A stretch of DNA of 63,461 nucleotides, filler included, from an uncultured Methanosarcinales archaeon (GTDB lineage Archaea > Nanobdellota > Nanobdellia > Woesearchaeales > B54-G15), in the NCBI GenBank assembly GCA_964519225.1. It is 4 parts of 4 records of this genome, joined end to end, with 100 filler letters (N's around TTAATTAATTAA, not from the genome) between each part and the next. Parts side by side here need not be neighbours in the genome. Positions count along the whole stretch, not along the records: positions 40,722 to 56,008 come from CAZFJK010000016.1; positions 56,109 to 63,461 come from CAZFJK010000028.1; 2 more parts are not named here. The stretch is one strand, 5' to 3'. The notes beneath the pieces are model-generated. The model did no database searches. It worked only from the letters and a program-made list of their open reading frames with translations, and was not told the origin of the DNA. Position numbers and translations under genes: made by a program. Positions 46,395 through 56,501 of the stretch are shown in pieces. Position 1 is the stretch's first letter, and each line of letters begins with the position of its first letter.

Positions 46395-49300
46395 ATGGCA
46401 AAAAAAAGAGGTGCGTTATTAACAGCTGTAATACTCTCAATCATTACCGCCTTTATTCTCTCACTTTCATTCTTTATTCCTGCCCCACCAATAACAGCTT
46501 ACGTCACAGCAAATGTATATTCAGCATTCGAACAAACAAATGAAACAACAGTTCTTGTTCTGCTCAAAGATACAACAGCAATAAAAGCAAAAGAAAAACT
46601 AACAGCAAAAAGCATGAAAAAAATTGCTCAAAATGCACAAACAAAATTCGAGCAACTTGCCCCAACGCTAAAAAGAAAAATCGAACACAAATTCTCAACA
46701 GTACCTGCTGTTGTTATGCATATCAACAAAAAAGATCTTGAAAAACTTAAACTAATTCCAAACGTAGTTGCGATTCAAGCAAACTATGATTATTCTATTT
46801 TGCTCGACGATAGCGTACCTCAAATGAACGTCGATGATGTTTGGAACTTATCCTTCGATGGTGTTCATTTAAACGGAAGCGACATCGGCATTTGCATCAT
46901 TGATACAGGAGTTGATTACACACATCCAGCCTTAGGTGGAAGTTTTGGCGTTAAAGTCATAGCTGGCTATGACTTTGTAAATAATGATGCAGATCCAATG
47001 GACGATCAAGGTCATGGCACACATTGTGCCGGAATTGCTGCTTCACAGGACTTAACGTATCAGGGTACAGCTTATGGATCAAAAATCATTGCTGTTAAAA
47101 GCCTTGATTCAAGCGGTAGCGGAACTTCGGATACAATAGCTTCAGGAATCGACTGGTGTGTGAACAACGCAGATACTTATAATATTAAGGTAATTAGTAT
47201 GAGCCTCGGAACAACAACATACCATAGCTCAACTTATTGTAGCGGCGTTGACCCTGTTGTCGAAGCTGCAATTGATGCAGCAAGAGCAGCAGGAATCATA
47301 GTATTTGCAGCTGCAGGTAATGAAGGTCAAGATGGTTTATCCTTACCAGCATGCATACCAAATGCAACACCCATCGGTGCAGTTGACAAAGATGATGTTT
47401 TTGCTGCGTATTCAAACAGAGCAAACATTCTAAAACTTCTTGCTGTTGGTGGTTCAAGCTCTGATCCAGTCATGTCAACACAGCTTGGCGGTGGTTTTAC
47501 CGGTAAATACGGAACATCAATGGCAACACCACATGCTGCCGGCATAGCAGCATTGCTTATTCAATACGAGCAACTCGAATCCGGAAATCAGCTTACTCCT
47601 GAACAGATCGAATCAGTATTGGAAAGCACGGGAAAAACAATAACATACGAGAGTTACGCGTTCAAGCGAATCGATGCACTTGCGGCACTTTTAGCCTTGG
47701 ATAATCAAAGTCCAACGCTCGAATTTGTTTCACCAACACCAGCAAACAATTCAATTCTTGATGTTCCACACATTGCAATAAATGTTACTTCATCTGAGAT
47801 AATCGATACATTTATTCTTTCTTGGAACAGAACAAACGAAACCTTAAATTGTTCAGGAACAAATTGCATGGTAACAAAAAGAGGCCACGGAACATACACA
47901 TACAAAATCGTTGGAAATGATAGCGCTGGCAATTATGCCGAAACTGAAGAAAGAATTGTTACACTTACAGACCATGCTCCAACAATCAATACAATCAACC
48001 CAAGCCAAACAGAGATTGTTATAAACGAAACAGATAACCAAACTTTTCAAATAATATGCTCAGATGCGGATAATGATACACTTACAATTGTTTGGTTCAA
48101 AAACAACGAATCTGTTAAAACAGAAACTGCAAACCAATCAAATTGGACGTTCATAGGAAATTATCTTTCTTCAGGAAATTATACTATTTCAGCCGTATGC
48201 GGAGATGGGATTTTAAATACATCCACAGAATGGAACCTTACAGTGAATAATGTCGATGCACCACCGCAATTTAATGCATCAAATCCCATTCCAAACCAAA
48301 CATGGAAAGTAAATACGACGAACTCTAACATCAACCTTTCTCAATATTTCTATGATGTTGATGGTGACGATATAAATTGGACTATAAATGATACTTTATC
48401 ATATATCGAAAATTTAACAATAGCAATTAATAACAATAGCGGCATAGTCACTATTACACCAGATCCTAATTTTCTTGGCACGAGAAATGTTGTTTTCGTT
48501 GCTCTTGGCTCTGGAGGAAAAAGCCAATCAAATAATGTCACGCTTAATGTCGTTGAAAATTACAGACCTCAACTGAAAAACATAACTTTAACATCATCCG
48601 ATGCATTGAACAGAACAAATGGAACGTTAATAGCTCATTTTAATTACTACGATAAAGACAATGATTCGATGCAAGCCTCAGAGATAATATGGTATGTAAA
48701 TGGCACAGCGAAAACAGAACTCGAAAATCAAACATCAGTGGAGTCGTCATATACAGAAAAAGGACAAAATTGGAGTTTTTCAATCAGGGTTTTTGATGGT
48801 TATGATTGGAGCGATTGGTACCAATCAAATACGCTCACAATAGAAAACGCTGCCCCAAACAAACCAAACATCACAAGCCCGCAAAATAATTCCCATATTC
48901 AAACAGTCACCATCACATATCAATCCACAGACATTGACGGAGATAATCTCACTTATTATGTTTATGTGGATGGTGTATTGTATGTAACAACTCAAAACAC
49001 ATCTATAACATGGCAAGGTAATGATGGAACTTACGAAGTTATTGTCAAGGCATACGACGGTTCTCTTTTCAGTGAAAATGCTTCAATAACTTTCACAAAA
49101 GATACCGTTGCGCCTATTGTAATTGAAATTTATACTTCACAAACCACAGAGGGTTCGCGAAAGAAGGTAACTTTGAGGGTTAAGACAGACGAATACGCAT
49201 ATTGCAGATACGATTACGCTGATGTTGATTACAGTGATATGGAAGACATGACAACATCAGATCACATCAGCCATCATGCTGAGGAATACTTTAGCTCATC

Positions 49301-50291
49301 AACAAATGGCGAGTTTTATGTGCGATGTGAAGACAGGGCAGGAAACACAATGCAAACTTCAAATAGTACGTCCTTTTCAGTAACTTTTGGAAGTCAGGGC
49401 GAGTCATCAAGCAGCAGTGATAGTGGCGGCGACGGCGGTGGCGGCGGCGGTGGAGGGAGCTCTTCTTCTCATATCGCACAATCAGATTCACATTTATTTG
49501 CAAAACTTTCACCAACCGAATTGCATAAATTCGATATTTATAAGACAGAAATCCCTTTTGTTTCATATTCATTTTCCCTTAAAAAAGAACTCACTAATGT
49601 TGAAATAAAAACTTCATATATCACAGAGCCGCCAAACAAAATACCGCTATTAGGATCTGTATATAAATACGTTCAAGTTGATAAAACTGGGATACAGGAT
49701 AACGATTTAATAGAACTGAAAATAAAATTCAGAGTAGAACAATCATGGATAAAAGAAAACAATATTGACATTTACACCATTTCACTTTACAGATATGAAA
49801 ATAATGCTTGGAAGAAGCTGCCTACAACGCTCGCAGAAAACACACCAATGTACTATTACTTCGAAGCCGCATCTCCTGGCTTTTCTATTTTCGCAATAAA
49901 AGGAGAGCCCAAAAAGCTAGAAACAGAAGAACCACAACCCGAAGAAGAGAATATAACTTCAGAATACATACCCGAGGAAATAAAACCAAACGAAACAATA
50001 CGCGAAGAAGAACCGAGCAAAATGAAAATAAGCAACAGACTTCTTTTCAGTCTTATTATCATAGCAGTTGTTTTAGTACTTATTGTAAATTTCTTAATCG
50101 TACCAAAAGCAAAACACAAGAGAAAGATCAGTACAAGCAAGAAAAAGATAAAACCCAAAGAAAAAGTCAAACGCAAAAAAGTCAAACCAAAACCAAAATG
50201 TCCAAAATGCGGAAGCACATCCCTTGTTAAAGGTTATGGAAACTTCTATTTCTGCAAGCGCTGTGGAACAGTAATTAGAAAGAAAATCTAA
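46395..50291 (+). CDS. Membrane-anchored S8 subtilase with Ig-like domains, PGF-pre-PGF-like domain and C-terminal Zn ribbon
   Basis: IIDTG, HGTHCAG, AAGN, GTSMATP; SPGFSIFAI; TM; CPKC...CKRC. Confidence 0.93.
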   Translation: MAKKRGALLTAVILSIITAFILSLSFFIPAPPITAYVTANVYSAFEQTNETTVLVLLKDTTAIKAKEKLTAKSMKKIAQNAQTKFEQLAPTLKRKIEHKFSTVPAVVMHINKKDLEKLKLIPNVVAIQANYDYSILLDDSVPQMNVDDVWNLSFDGVHLNGSDIGICIIDTGVDYTHPALGGSFGVKVIAGYDFVNNDADPMDDQGHGTHCAGIAASQDLTYQGTAYGSKIIAVKSLDSSGSGTSDTIASGIDWCVNNADTYNIKVISMSLGTTTYHSSTYCSGVDPVVEAAIDAARAAGIIVFAAAGNEGQDGLSLPACIPNATPIGAVDKDDVFAAYSNRANILKLLAVGGSSSDPVMSTQLGGGFTGKYGTSMATPHAAGIAALLIQYEQLESGNQLTPEQIESVLESTGKTITYESYAFKRIDALAALLALDNQSPTLEFVSPTPANNSILDVPHIAINVTSSEIIDTFILSWNRTNETLNCSGTNCMVTKRGHGTYTYKIVGNDSAGNYAETEERIVTLTDHAPTINTINPSQTEIVINETDNQTFQIICSDADNDTLTIVWFKNNESVKTETANQSNWTFIGNYLSSGNYTISAVCGDGILNTSTEWNLTVNNVDAPPQFNASNPIPNQTWKVNTTNSNINLSQYFYDVDGDDINWTINDTLSYIENLTIAINNNSGIVTITPDPNFLGTRNVVFVALGSGGKSQSNNVTLNVVENYRPQLKNITLTSSDALNRTNGTLIAHFNYYDKDNDSMQASEIIWYVNGTAKTELENQTSVESSYTEKGQNWSFSIRVFDGYDWSDWYQSNTLTIENAAPNKPNITSPQNNSHIQTVTITYQSTDIDGDNLTYYVYVDGVLYVTTQNTSITWQGNDGTYEVIVKAYDGSLFSENASITFTKDTVAPIVIEIYTSQTTEGSRKKVTLRVKTDEYAYCRYDYADVDYSDMEDMTTSDHISHHAEEYFSSSTNGEFYVRCEDRAGNTMQTSNSTSFSVTFGSQGESSSSSDSGGDGGGGGGGGSSSSHIAQSDSHLFAKLSPTELHKFDIYKTEIPFVSYSFSLKKELTNVEIKTSYITEPPNKIPLLGSVYKYVQVDKTGIQDNDLIELKIKFRVEQSWIKENNIDIYTISLYRYENNAWKKLPTTLAENTPMYYYFEAASPGFSIFAIKGEPKKLETEEPQPEEENITSEYIPEEIKPNETIREEEPSKMKISNRLLFSLIIIAVVLVLIVNFLIVPKAKHKRKISTSKKKIKPKEKVKRKKVKPKPKCPKCGSTSLVKGYGNFYFCKRCGTVIRKKI

Positions 50292-50336
50292 TCGACTTTA
50301 ACAATATTTAAAAAGTTATTTGAAATTCATACCTGA

Positions 50337-51050
50337 ATGCCAAAGAAATCAAGGAAAGAATCATCTCTAAATAAAAAACGTTTTCTTTTCACTGCCTTCG
50401 GTTTAACCGTTCTGTTTGCTATTTTTATCATCGCTTTGACAGCATACATTAAAATCTGCAACACCGATCAATGCATCTATGAAAAAGCGGTTTCTAAAGC
50501 AAACGTCAATCTCTGTATGAAGATGTCGAATAAAACACTTTTTGAGAAATGCATAACAACCATCGCTGTGAAACGGAACGACCCATCTATTTGTAAGTTT
50601 TTAAAACATTCACAAGATTGGTGTAAAGCAGAGGTAGCAATAGCAAATGAAAATCTTATTTTGTGCACAAGAATCCAGACCGAAAAATGGCAAAATCTTT
50701 GCTTTAAAAAATTCGCAATAAAAACGCTCAATATCGATGTATGTAACTTAATTACAAATGACAAAGAAGCTACACTCTGCTATAGAATAATTGCTGAGGT
50801 CAGCAAAGACCCGAGACTTTGCGATTTTATCTTAAATGAAGATGTCCGGAATTCATGCTTTTCGCTTCTCGCACACGACTTAATCAATGAAACTCTATGC
50901 CAAAAAATAAATGAGTTTCTTGCCCGTGAACAATGTCTATTTGATGTTGCAAAAGCAAAAAGAGATCCAAATATTTGCAACACCATAAAAATCGGAGTAT
51001 TAAAAAATAATTGTTTACTTTATGTGTCTTCTGAGCCTCAATCCACCTAA
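50337..51050 (+). CDS. Membrane-anchored Cys-repeat helical protein
   Basis: N-terminal TM plus about 7 repeats of about 26 aa, C-x4-A-x8-C. Confidence 0.8.
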   Translation: MPKKSRKESSLNKKRFLFTAFGLTVLFAIFIIALTAYIKICNTDQCIYEKAVSKANVNLCMKMSNKTLFEKCITTIAVKRNDPSICKFLKHSQDWCKAEVAIANENLILCTRIQTEKWQNLCFKKFAIKTLNIDVCNLITNDKEATLCYRIIAEVSKDPRLCDFILNEDVRNSCFSLLAHDLINETLCQKINEFLAREQCLFDVAKAKRDPNICNTIKIGVLKNNCLLYVSSEPQST

Positions 51051-52130
51051 AACTTGTTTTAATCTTAAGAATTTAATTATAGATTCCCGTTCAATGACAC
51101 CGATTATCTTCTTATCTTTAACCACAGGAATGCAATCAATTCCATGCTTTAACATTTTTAAAAAAACATTGCCAATTTTAGCATCGAGTTTTACAGGAGC
51201 AATCCTTCTTACGATCCTCTTAATCTTGATCTTTGCCCATTTTTCTTTTTCTATTTCCTTCAAGTCAATCACTTTTGTTAAGCCTAAATATCTTTTTCCA
51301 TCAAAAACAAGCAAAGTTTCCTTTCTTAGTGTAATAAAGGCATCAGCAAGCTCCTTAAGTGTTTTATTTGCACCAATTCCACAAACCTTCTTAGTTAAAA
51401 GCTTATCTACTTTTACACCCTGGAGCAATACATTTACAACAGTTTGTTCATAGCTTGTTTCAGCAATCATATAAAGGAAAAATCCAAGCACAATGAACCA
51501 CAAACCAAAGCCTCCGAAGAAGAGTCCAATAAAACCTCCGATTACCAGAATTCCAGCAAAAACCTTTCCACAGAAAGAGGCAATCTTTGTTGCCTTCACA
51601 ATGTCCTTGTAAAAATACCAAAGAATTGCCCTAAGAATTCTTCCACCGTCAAGCGGAAATCCAGGCGCAAGGTTGAATAAAGCAACAATCAAATTAATTT
51701 TATAGAGATAAAATGCAAGTGCATTAACATAAAGAAAGCTTACTGATTTATACACGATAAAGAACAAAAGAGAAAGCAAAATAGAAAATAATGGTCCTGC
51801 TACTGCCATTTCAAATTCTTTTTTTGGAGTTAATTTTCCTTTACCGATGGATGCAACACCGCCAAAAAAGAAAAGCGTAATCTTGTGCACAGGAATCTTA
51901 TGCTGTTTTGCAACTATCGAATGAGCAACCTCATGCAGCAAGATGGATATAAAAAGAAGGAAACTTGCAAATGCTCCAAGGAACCACGCTCCAAACAATC
52001 CTACTTTATAATAAGTTGGAAAAAATCCAGCTGCTAAGCCCCACGCTACGAGCAGAAATATGAAAAACCAGCTATAATGTAATTCAATCTTTATTCCAGC
52101 AAGCTTTCCAATATAAAAGGATTGTTTCAT
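51015..52130 (-). CDS. Site-2 protease (M50B) with CBS pair
   Basis: HEVAH, GGVA, AGP, FNLAPGFPLDGG, C-terminal CBS domains. Confidence 0.95.
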   Translation of the reverse strand: MKQSFYIGKLAGIKIELHYSWFFIFLLVAWGLAAGFFPTYYKVGLFGAWFLGAFASFLLFISILLHEVAHSIVAKQHKIPVHKITLFFFGGVASIGKGKLTPKKEFEMAVAGPLFSILLSLLFFIVYKSVSFLYVNALAFYLYKINLIVALFNLAPGFPLDGGRILRAILWYFYKDIVKATKIASFCGKVFAGILVIGGFIGLFFGGFGLWFIVLGFFLYMIAETSYEQTVVNVLLQGVKVDKLLTKKVCGIGANKTLKELADAFITLRKETLLVFDGKRYLGLTKVIDLKEIEKEKWAKIKIKRIVRRIAPVKLDAKIGNVFLKMLKHGIDCIPVVKDKKIIGVIERESIIKFLRLKQVLGGLRLRRHIK

Positions 52131-52164
52131 ATTTATTTCAAAATTTTATTTCAAAACCCGCTTT

Positions 52165-52181
52165 TGTCACTACTGGTGACA
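52165..52181. promoter_or_regulatory. Candidate operator TGTCAC-N5-GTGACA
   Basis: Perfect 6-bp dyad in the divergent intergenic region, about 30 nt upstream of the TATATAAA at 52214. Confidence 0.5.
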
Positions 52182-52270
52182 TTATTTTTAAACTTTTCTA
52201 AAAAACCGTAAGGTATATAAATAAGTTTGTTACTCAAGAGTAGTGTGTAATTTAAGAGGGGGAGTTTCAT

Positions 52271-52465
52271 ATGGGTCAGCAAGAAGTTTACGATTTCCTA
52301 AAACAACATCCTGCAAGATGGTTTACATCAAAAGAGATCAGCAAAGCACTAAAAGTAAGCATCGGCAGCGTAACCTGCTGTTTAAAAAAACTCAGACTGC
52401 AAAGAGCTATACGCTTTAAAAACGGCAATAGCAGGAATCAGTATCTCTACAGATATAAGAGATAG
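52271..52465 (+). CDS. Small winged helix-turn-helix protein
   Basis: FTSKEISKALKVSIGSVTCCLKKL HTH pattern; SD GAGGGGGAG. Confidence 0.85.
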   Translation: MGQQEVYDFLKQHPARWFTSKEISKALKVSIGSVTCCLKKLRLQRAIRFKNGNSRNQYLYRYKR

Positions 52466-52546
52466 TTTTGTTTCTTATTTTCTACTGCTGTGTTCCACAA
52501 CCACAACCTAACTTTTTTATACTTCAATCTCCTCTTTCTTTTCCGA

Positions 52547-54283
52547 ATGAAAAATCTCGAGATTGCAAGAATCTTCTATGAAATGGCTGACATTCTCGAA
52601 ATGCAGGGCGTTGAATGGAAACCAAGAGCCTACAGAAGGGCTGCAAAGGCAATTGAAAGCCTTACCGAAGATATTGAAGTTCTCTGGCGAAGGGGCGGCT
52701 TAAAAGCACTTGAGGAAATTCCCGGAGTCGGCGAAAGGCTTGCTAAAAAAATAGAAGAATTTCTTAAAACAGGTAAGATAAAAGAGTACGAACAGCTTAA
52801 GCGAAGGATTCCTTTTCACCTGCACGAGATAATGTCAATTCCAGGAATGGGTCCAAAAAAAGCAAAACGCCTCTACAAAGAACTTGGCATTAAAACAATA
52901 AAAGATTTGGAAAAAGCAGCAAAAGAACACAAAATTGCAACTCTTCCTGGCTTCGGCAGAAAAAGCGAGGAGGATATTTTGAGAGGAATCCAGCTTTATA
53001 AAGCAAGTAAAGGAAGAATGCTTTTAGGCAGAGCATGGTTTATAGCAAACGAAATTATTGAAAAACTTTCTGTGTTGAAGGAAGTCAAAAAAATTAGTCC
53101 AGCAGGATCACTGCGCAGAATGAAGGAAACAATCGGTGATATCGACATACTTGTTATATCAACAGACCCAATGAAGGTAATGAACTTCTTTACTTCAATG
53201 CCCGATGTCAAAGAAATTCTTGCAAAAGGACCAACAAAATCAACAGTAATTTTGCGTTCGGGCATACAAGCGGATGTTCGCGTTCTTAAGCCTGAGAGCT
53301 GGGGAAGTGCACTTCAATATTTTACCGGAAGTAAAGAACATAATATCGCTTTAAGAAAAATCGCGATTAAGAAGGGCTACAAGCTAAATGAGTATGGCTT
53401 GTTTAAAGGGAAAAAACAGATTGCTGGCAAAACAGAAGAAGAGGTCTATAGGAAACTTGGTTTGCAGTGGATTCCTCCTGAGTTGAGAGAAAACAGAGGT
53501 GAAATTGAAGCTGCGCAGAAAAAAGCACTTCCTAAGCTTGTTGGTTATAAAGATATTAAAGGCGATTTGCATGTACATACAAAATGGAGCGATGGAGATA
53601 ACACAATAAAAGAGATGGCTCTTGCAGCAAAACGACTCGGCTATGAGTACATTTGTATAAGTGATCATTCAAAGAGTGAACCCCTCGCTCACGGTTTAGA
53701 CGAGAAAAAACTTCTCGAACAAATAAAGGAAATAAGAAGGATAGACAGGCAGCTAAAAGGAATAAAAATCCTTGCAGGAAATGAGGTTGACATTCTTGCA
53801 GATGGTTCTCTTGATTTATCTGATGCTGTTCTTAAAAAACTGGACATAGTCATTGCTTCTGTTCATTCCGGCTTTAAAATGCCAAAGCAAAAAATGACAA
53901 AGCGAATCATAAAAGCGATTGAGAACAAATACGTTGATATACTCGGACATCCGACCGGCAGGATAATAAATGAGCGACCACCTTATGCTGTTGATCTCGA
54001 AGCTATTTTTCAAGTTGCAAAAGACAGGCGCGTTTATATGGAAATAAATTCTTTTCCGGATAGGCTGGATTTGAATGACACAGCAATAATGGAAGCAAAG
54101 AAATATGGATTGCGCTTTGCTATTAACACAGATGCGCATAACGCTGATCAATTAAAACTCATTAAATTCGGCGTTGCAACAGCAAGACGGGGCTGGGCAG
54201 AAAAGAAAGATATTATTAATACCTATTCTTTAAAACAGCTCGGTCGCTTTTTCAGGAAACTTAAAAGCAGAATAGGAGAATAA
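52547..54283 (+). CDS. polX: DNA polymerase X with PHP exonuclease domain
   Basis: AGSLRR, GDIDIL, DVR, YFTGSK.HN; DLHVHT, SDH, HPTGR, NTDAH. Confidence 0.96.
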   Translation: MKNLEIARIFYEMADILEMQGVEWKPRAYRRAAKAIESLTEDIEVLWRRGGLKALEEIPGVGERLAKKIEEFLKTGKIKEYEQLKRRIPFHLHEIMSIPGMGPKKAKRLYKELGIKTIKDLEKAAKEHKIATLPGFGRKSEEDILRGIQLYKASKGRMLLGRAWFIANEIIEKLSVLKEVKKISPAGSLRRMKETIGDIDILVISTDPMKVMNFFTSMPDVKEILAKGPTKSTVILRSGIQADVRVLKPESWGSALQYFTGSKEHNIALRKIAIKKGYKLNEYGLFKGKKQIAGKTEEEVYRKLGLQWIPPELRENRGEIEAAQKKALPKLVGYKDIKGDLHVHTKWSDGDNTIKEMALAAKRLGYEYICISDHSKSEPLAHGLDEKKLLEQIKEIRRIDRQLKGIKILAGNEVDILADGSLDLSDAVLKKLDIVIASVHSGFKMPKQKMTKRIIKAIENKYVDILGHPTGRIINERPPYAVDLEAIFQVAKDRRVYMEINSFPDRLDLNDTAIMEAKKYGLRFAINTDAHNADQLKLIKFGVATARRGWAEKKDIINTYSLKQLGRFFRKLKSRIGE

Positions 54284-54285
54284 AA

Positions 54286-56007
54286 ATGCCATCATTGCGC
54301 TTTATGAAACTCGCAAATGTTTTTGAACAGCTTGAGCGCACAACATCAGGAAACAAAATGAGGGAAATACTAGCAAGATTCTTTAAAACAGTTCCAAAAA
54401 AAGAAATCGACATAATTGCTTATCTGCTTCTCGGTCAAATAGCATCAGAGTATGAGGATATAAACATAGGCATGGCAGAGAAAATGGTTCTGCGTTCAAT
54501 CGCAATTGATTCTGGTAGAACAGAAAGAGAAGTAAGCAGCATGTTCAAGAAGCTTGGTGACGTTGGCTTGACAGCAGAAAAGCTTACAACCAAAAGCAAA
54601 CCAGCATTGACTGTAACTCAGGTCTTTAACACTTTGCATAAGATTGCTGCTGCTTCAGGACAAGGAAGTCAGGAATTCAAAATAAAAACTTTAGCTGCGT
54701 TGTTGAAGAAAGCATCGCCGAAAGAAGCAAGATATATTGCAAGAATAGTTCTCGGAACTTTACGCTTGGGAGCTGGCGACATGACATTGCTTGACGCTCT
54801 TGCTATTGCTTTCACTGGAACAAAAGCAAACAAACCAAAACTTGAACACGCCTACAATATCTGCCCTGATATTGGAATTATAGCAAAAACAATCGCGACT
54901 AAAGGCTTAAGAGGAATAGAAAAAATCGGCGTTACTGTCGGCAGGCCAATTCAAATGATGCTGGCTCAAAGGGCAAAAAGCGTTCAGATGATAAAAGAAA
55001 AAATTTCTGGCATCATTGCTTGTGAAGAAAAATATGATGGAGAGCGAGTCCAAGCACATTTCGATGGAAAGCGTATTATTCTGTTCAGCAGGCGACTTGA
55101 GAATATCACACAGCAATTTCCTGATGTCGTTGAAGGCTTGAAGAAGAGCATAAAAGCAAAAAGCTATGTTATCGAAGGCGAAGTCGTTCCAATAGATGAA
55201 AAAGGAAACCTATTGCCGTTTCAGATCTTGATGCAACGAAGAAGAAAATATGAGATTGAGAAATATGTCAAGAAAATTCCAGTTTGCTTGTTCCTATTCG
55301 ATCTTCTATTTCTAAATAGAAAATCTTACATTCACAAGCCGTATCCAGAGAGGCACAAAGCTTTGCAAAAAATCGTGAAGCAAACAAAGCATATAAAACT
55401 TGCTAACAGAAAACTTTGCAAGGAAATAGATTGTATAGAAGATTTCTTTAATTGGTGCATTTCTCACGGTGCAGAAGGCATAATAGCAAAAAGCTGCGCT
55501 CCGGATTCAACCTACAAAGCAGGCGTTAGGGGTTGGCTCTGGATAAAGTGGAAGCAGGAATATCAAAAACTTGCAGATACCTTTGATTTAGTTGTTGTTG
55601 GCGCTTTTTATGGGAAGGGAAGGCGTGCAGGAACTTATGGTGCTTTGCTTTGTGCAGCATACAACCATAAACTCGACCGCTTTGAAACTTTTTGCAAACT
55701 TGGTAGCGGATTTACAGATAAGCAATTAGCTGAACTTCCGAAAAAATTCGCTAAATACAAAATTCCGCATAAACCAGCAAGATTGCTTGTGCATAAAGAT
55801 ATGAAACCAGATGTTTGGTTTACTCCCGCTGTTGTTGTTGAAGTTCTTGGTGCAGAGATAACAAGAAGTCCTTTGCATACCTGTGCTGTTGAGAAAGGGC
55901 AGGGTTTGGCTTTACGTTTTCCGAGATTTGTTCGCTACAGACCGGACAAAAGCCCAGAACAGGCAACTACGGTTGAGGAAATTTTGGATATGTGTAGGAG
56001 GAAATAA
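54286..56007 (+). CDS. lig: ATP-dependent DNA ligase
   Basis: EEKYDGER, EGE, FDLL, EGIIAK, WIKWK, LRFPRF. Confidence 0.97.
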   Translation: MPSLRFMKLANVFEQLERTTSGNKMREILARFFKTVPKKEIDIIAYLLLGQIASEYEDINIGMAEKMVLRSIAIDSGRTEREVSSMFKKLGDVGLTAEKLTTKSKPALTVTQVFNTLHKIAAASGQGSQEFKIKTLAALLKKASPKEARYIARIVLGTLRLGAGDMTLLDALAIAFTGTKANKPKLEHAYNICPDIGIIAKTIATKGLRGIEKIGVTVGRPIQMMLAQRAKSVQMIKEKISGIIACEEKYDGERVQAHFDGKRIILFSRRLENITQQFPDVVEGLKKSIKAKSYVIEGEVVPIDEKGNLLPFQILMQRRRKYEIEKYVKKIPVCLFLFDLLFLNRKSYIHKPYPERHKALQKIVKQTKHIKLANRKLCKEIDCIEDFFNWCISHGAEGIIAKSCAPDSTYKAGVRGWLWIKWKQEYQKLADTFDLVVVGAFYGKGRRAGTYGALLCAAYNHKLDRFETFCKLGSGFTDKQLAELPKKFAKYKIPHKPARLLVHKDMKPDVWFTPAVVVEVLGAEITRSPLHTCAVEKGQGLALRFPRFVRYRPDKSPEQATTVEEILDMCRRK

Positions 56008-56008
56008 A

Positions 56009-56108
56009 NNNNNNNNNNNNNNNNNNNNNNNNNNNNNNNNNNNNNNNNNNNNTTAATTAATTAANNNNNNNNNNNNNNNNNNNNNNNNNNNNNNNNNNNN
56101 NNNNNNNN
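56009..56108. other. Artificial contig linker
   Basis: N44-TTAATTAATTAA-N44. Confidence 0.99.
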
Positions 56109-56162
56109 AAAAATCAAAAAACCAAAAGAAATATAAACAACTTCTTTTTCTTCTTTCAAAAA

Positions 56163-56474
56163 ATGCCGCAGAAAGCAAGAATAAAGATTGTAAGCACCGA
56201 TATAAACAAGATTAATCAGGTTTGTCAGTACATAAAAGACATAGCAGAAAAAACAGGCGTGGTTATGCGTGGTCCTATTCCTTTACCAACAAAGCGATTA
56301 CGCGTTACAACTCGGCGAAGTCCTGATGGTGAAGGCACTGAAACTTGGGATAGATTTGAAATAAGGGTTCATAAAAGACTTATTGATCTTGGTATTGATG
56401 AAAGGGCACTCCGCTTAGTGATGCGCGTTCCTATTCCTGAAGGTTTGCACATTGAAATAGAAATGGTAGAATAA
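56163..56474 (+). CDS. rps10: 30S ribosomal protein S10
   Basis: [21 protein letters not shown]. Confidence 0.98.
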   Translation: MPQKARIKIVSTDINKINQVCQYIKDIAEKTGVVMRGPIPLPTKRLRVTTRRSPDGEGTETWDRFEIRVHKRLIDLGIDERALRLVMRVPIPEGLHIEIEMVE

Positions 56475-56501
56475 AAACAATCAAACAAAAACCATCAACT
56501 C

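Noticed and set aside
49424..49458. GGC-rich tract as a phase-variable repeat
   Set aside because: It encodes an in-frame poly-Gly linker with mixed codons, so slippage would not shift the frame.
23131..56108. Three identical TTAATTAATTAA palindromes within N runs
   Set aside because: These are synthetic six-frame-stop linkers of exactly 100 nt. They are not biological, and adjacency across them (e.g. lig next to rps10, rps17 next to mat) is not evidence of linkage.
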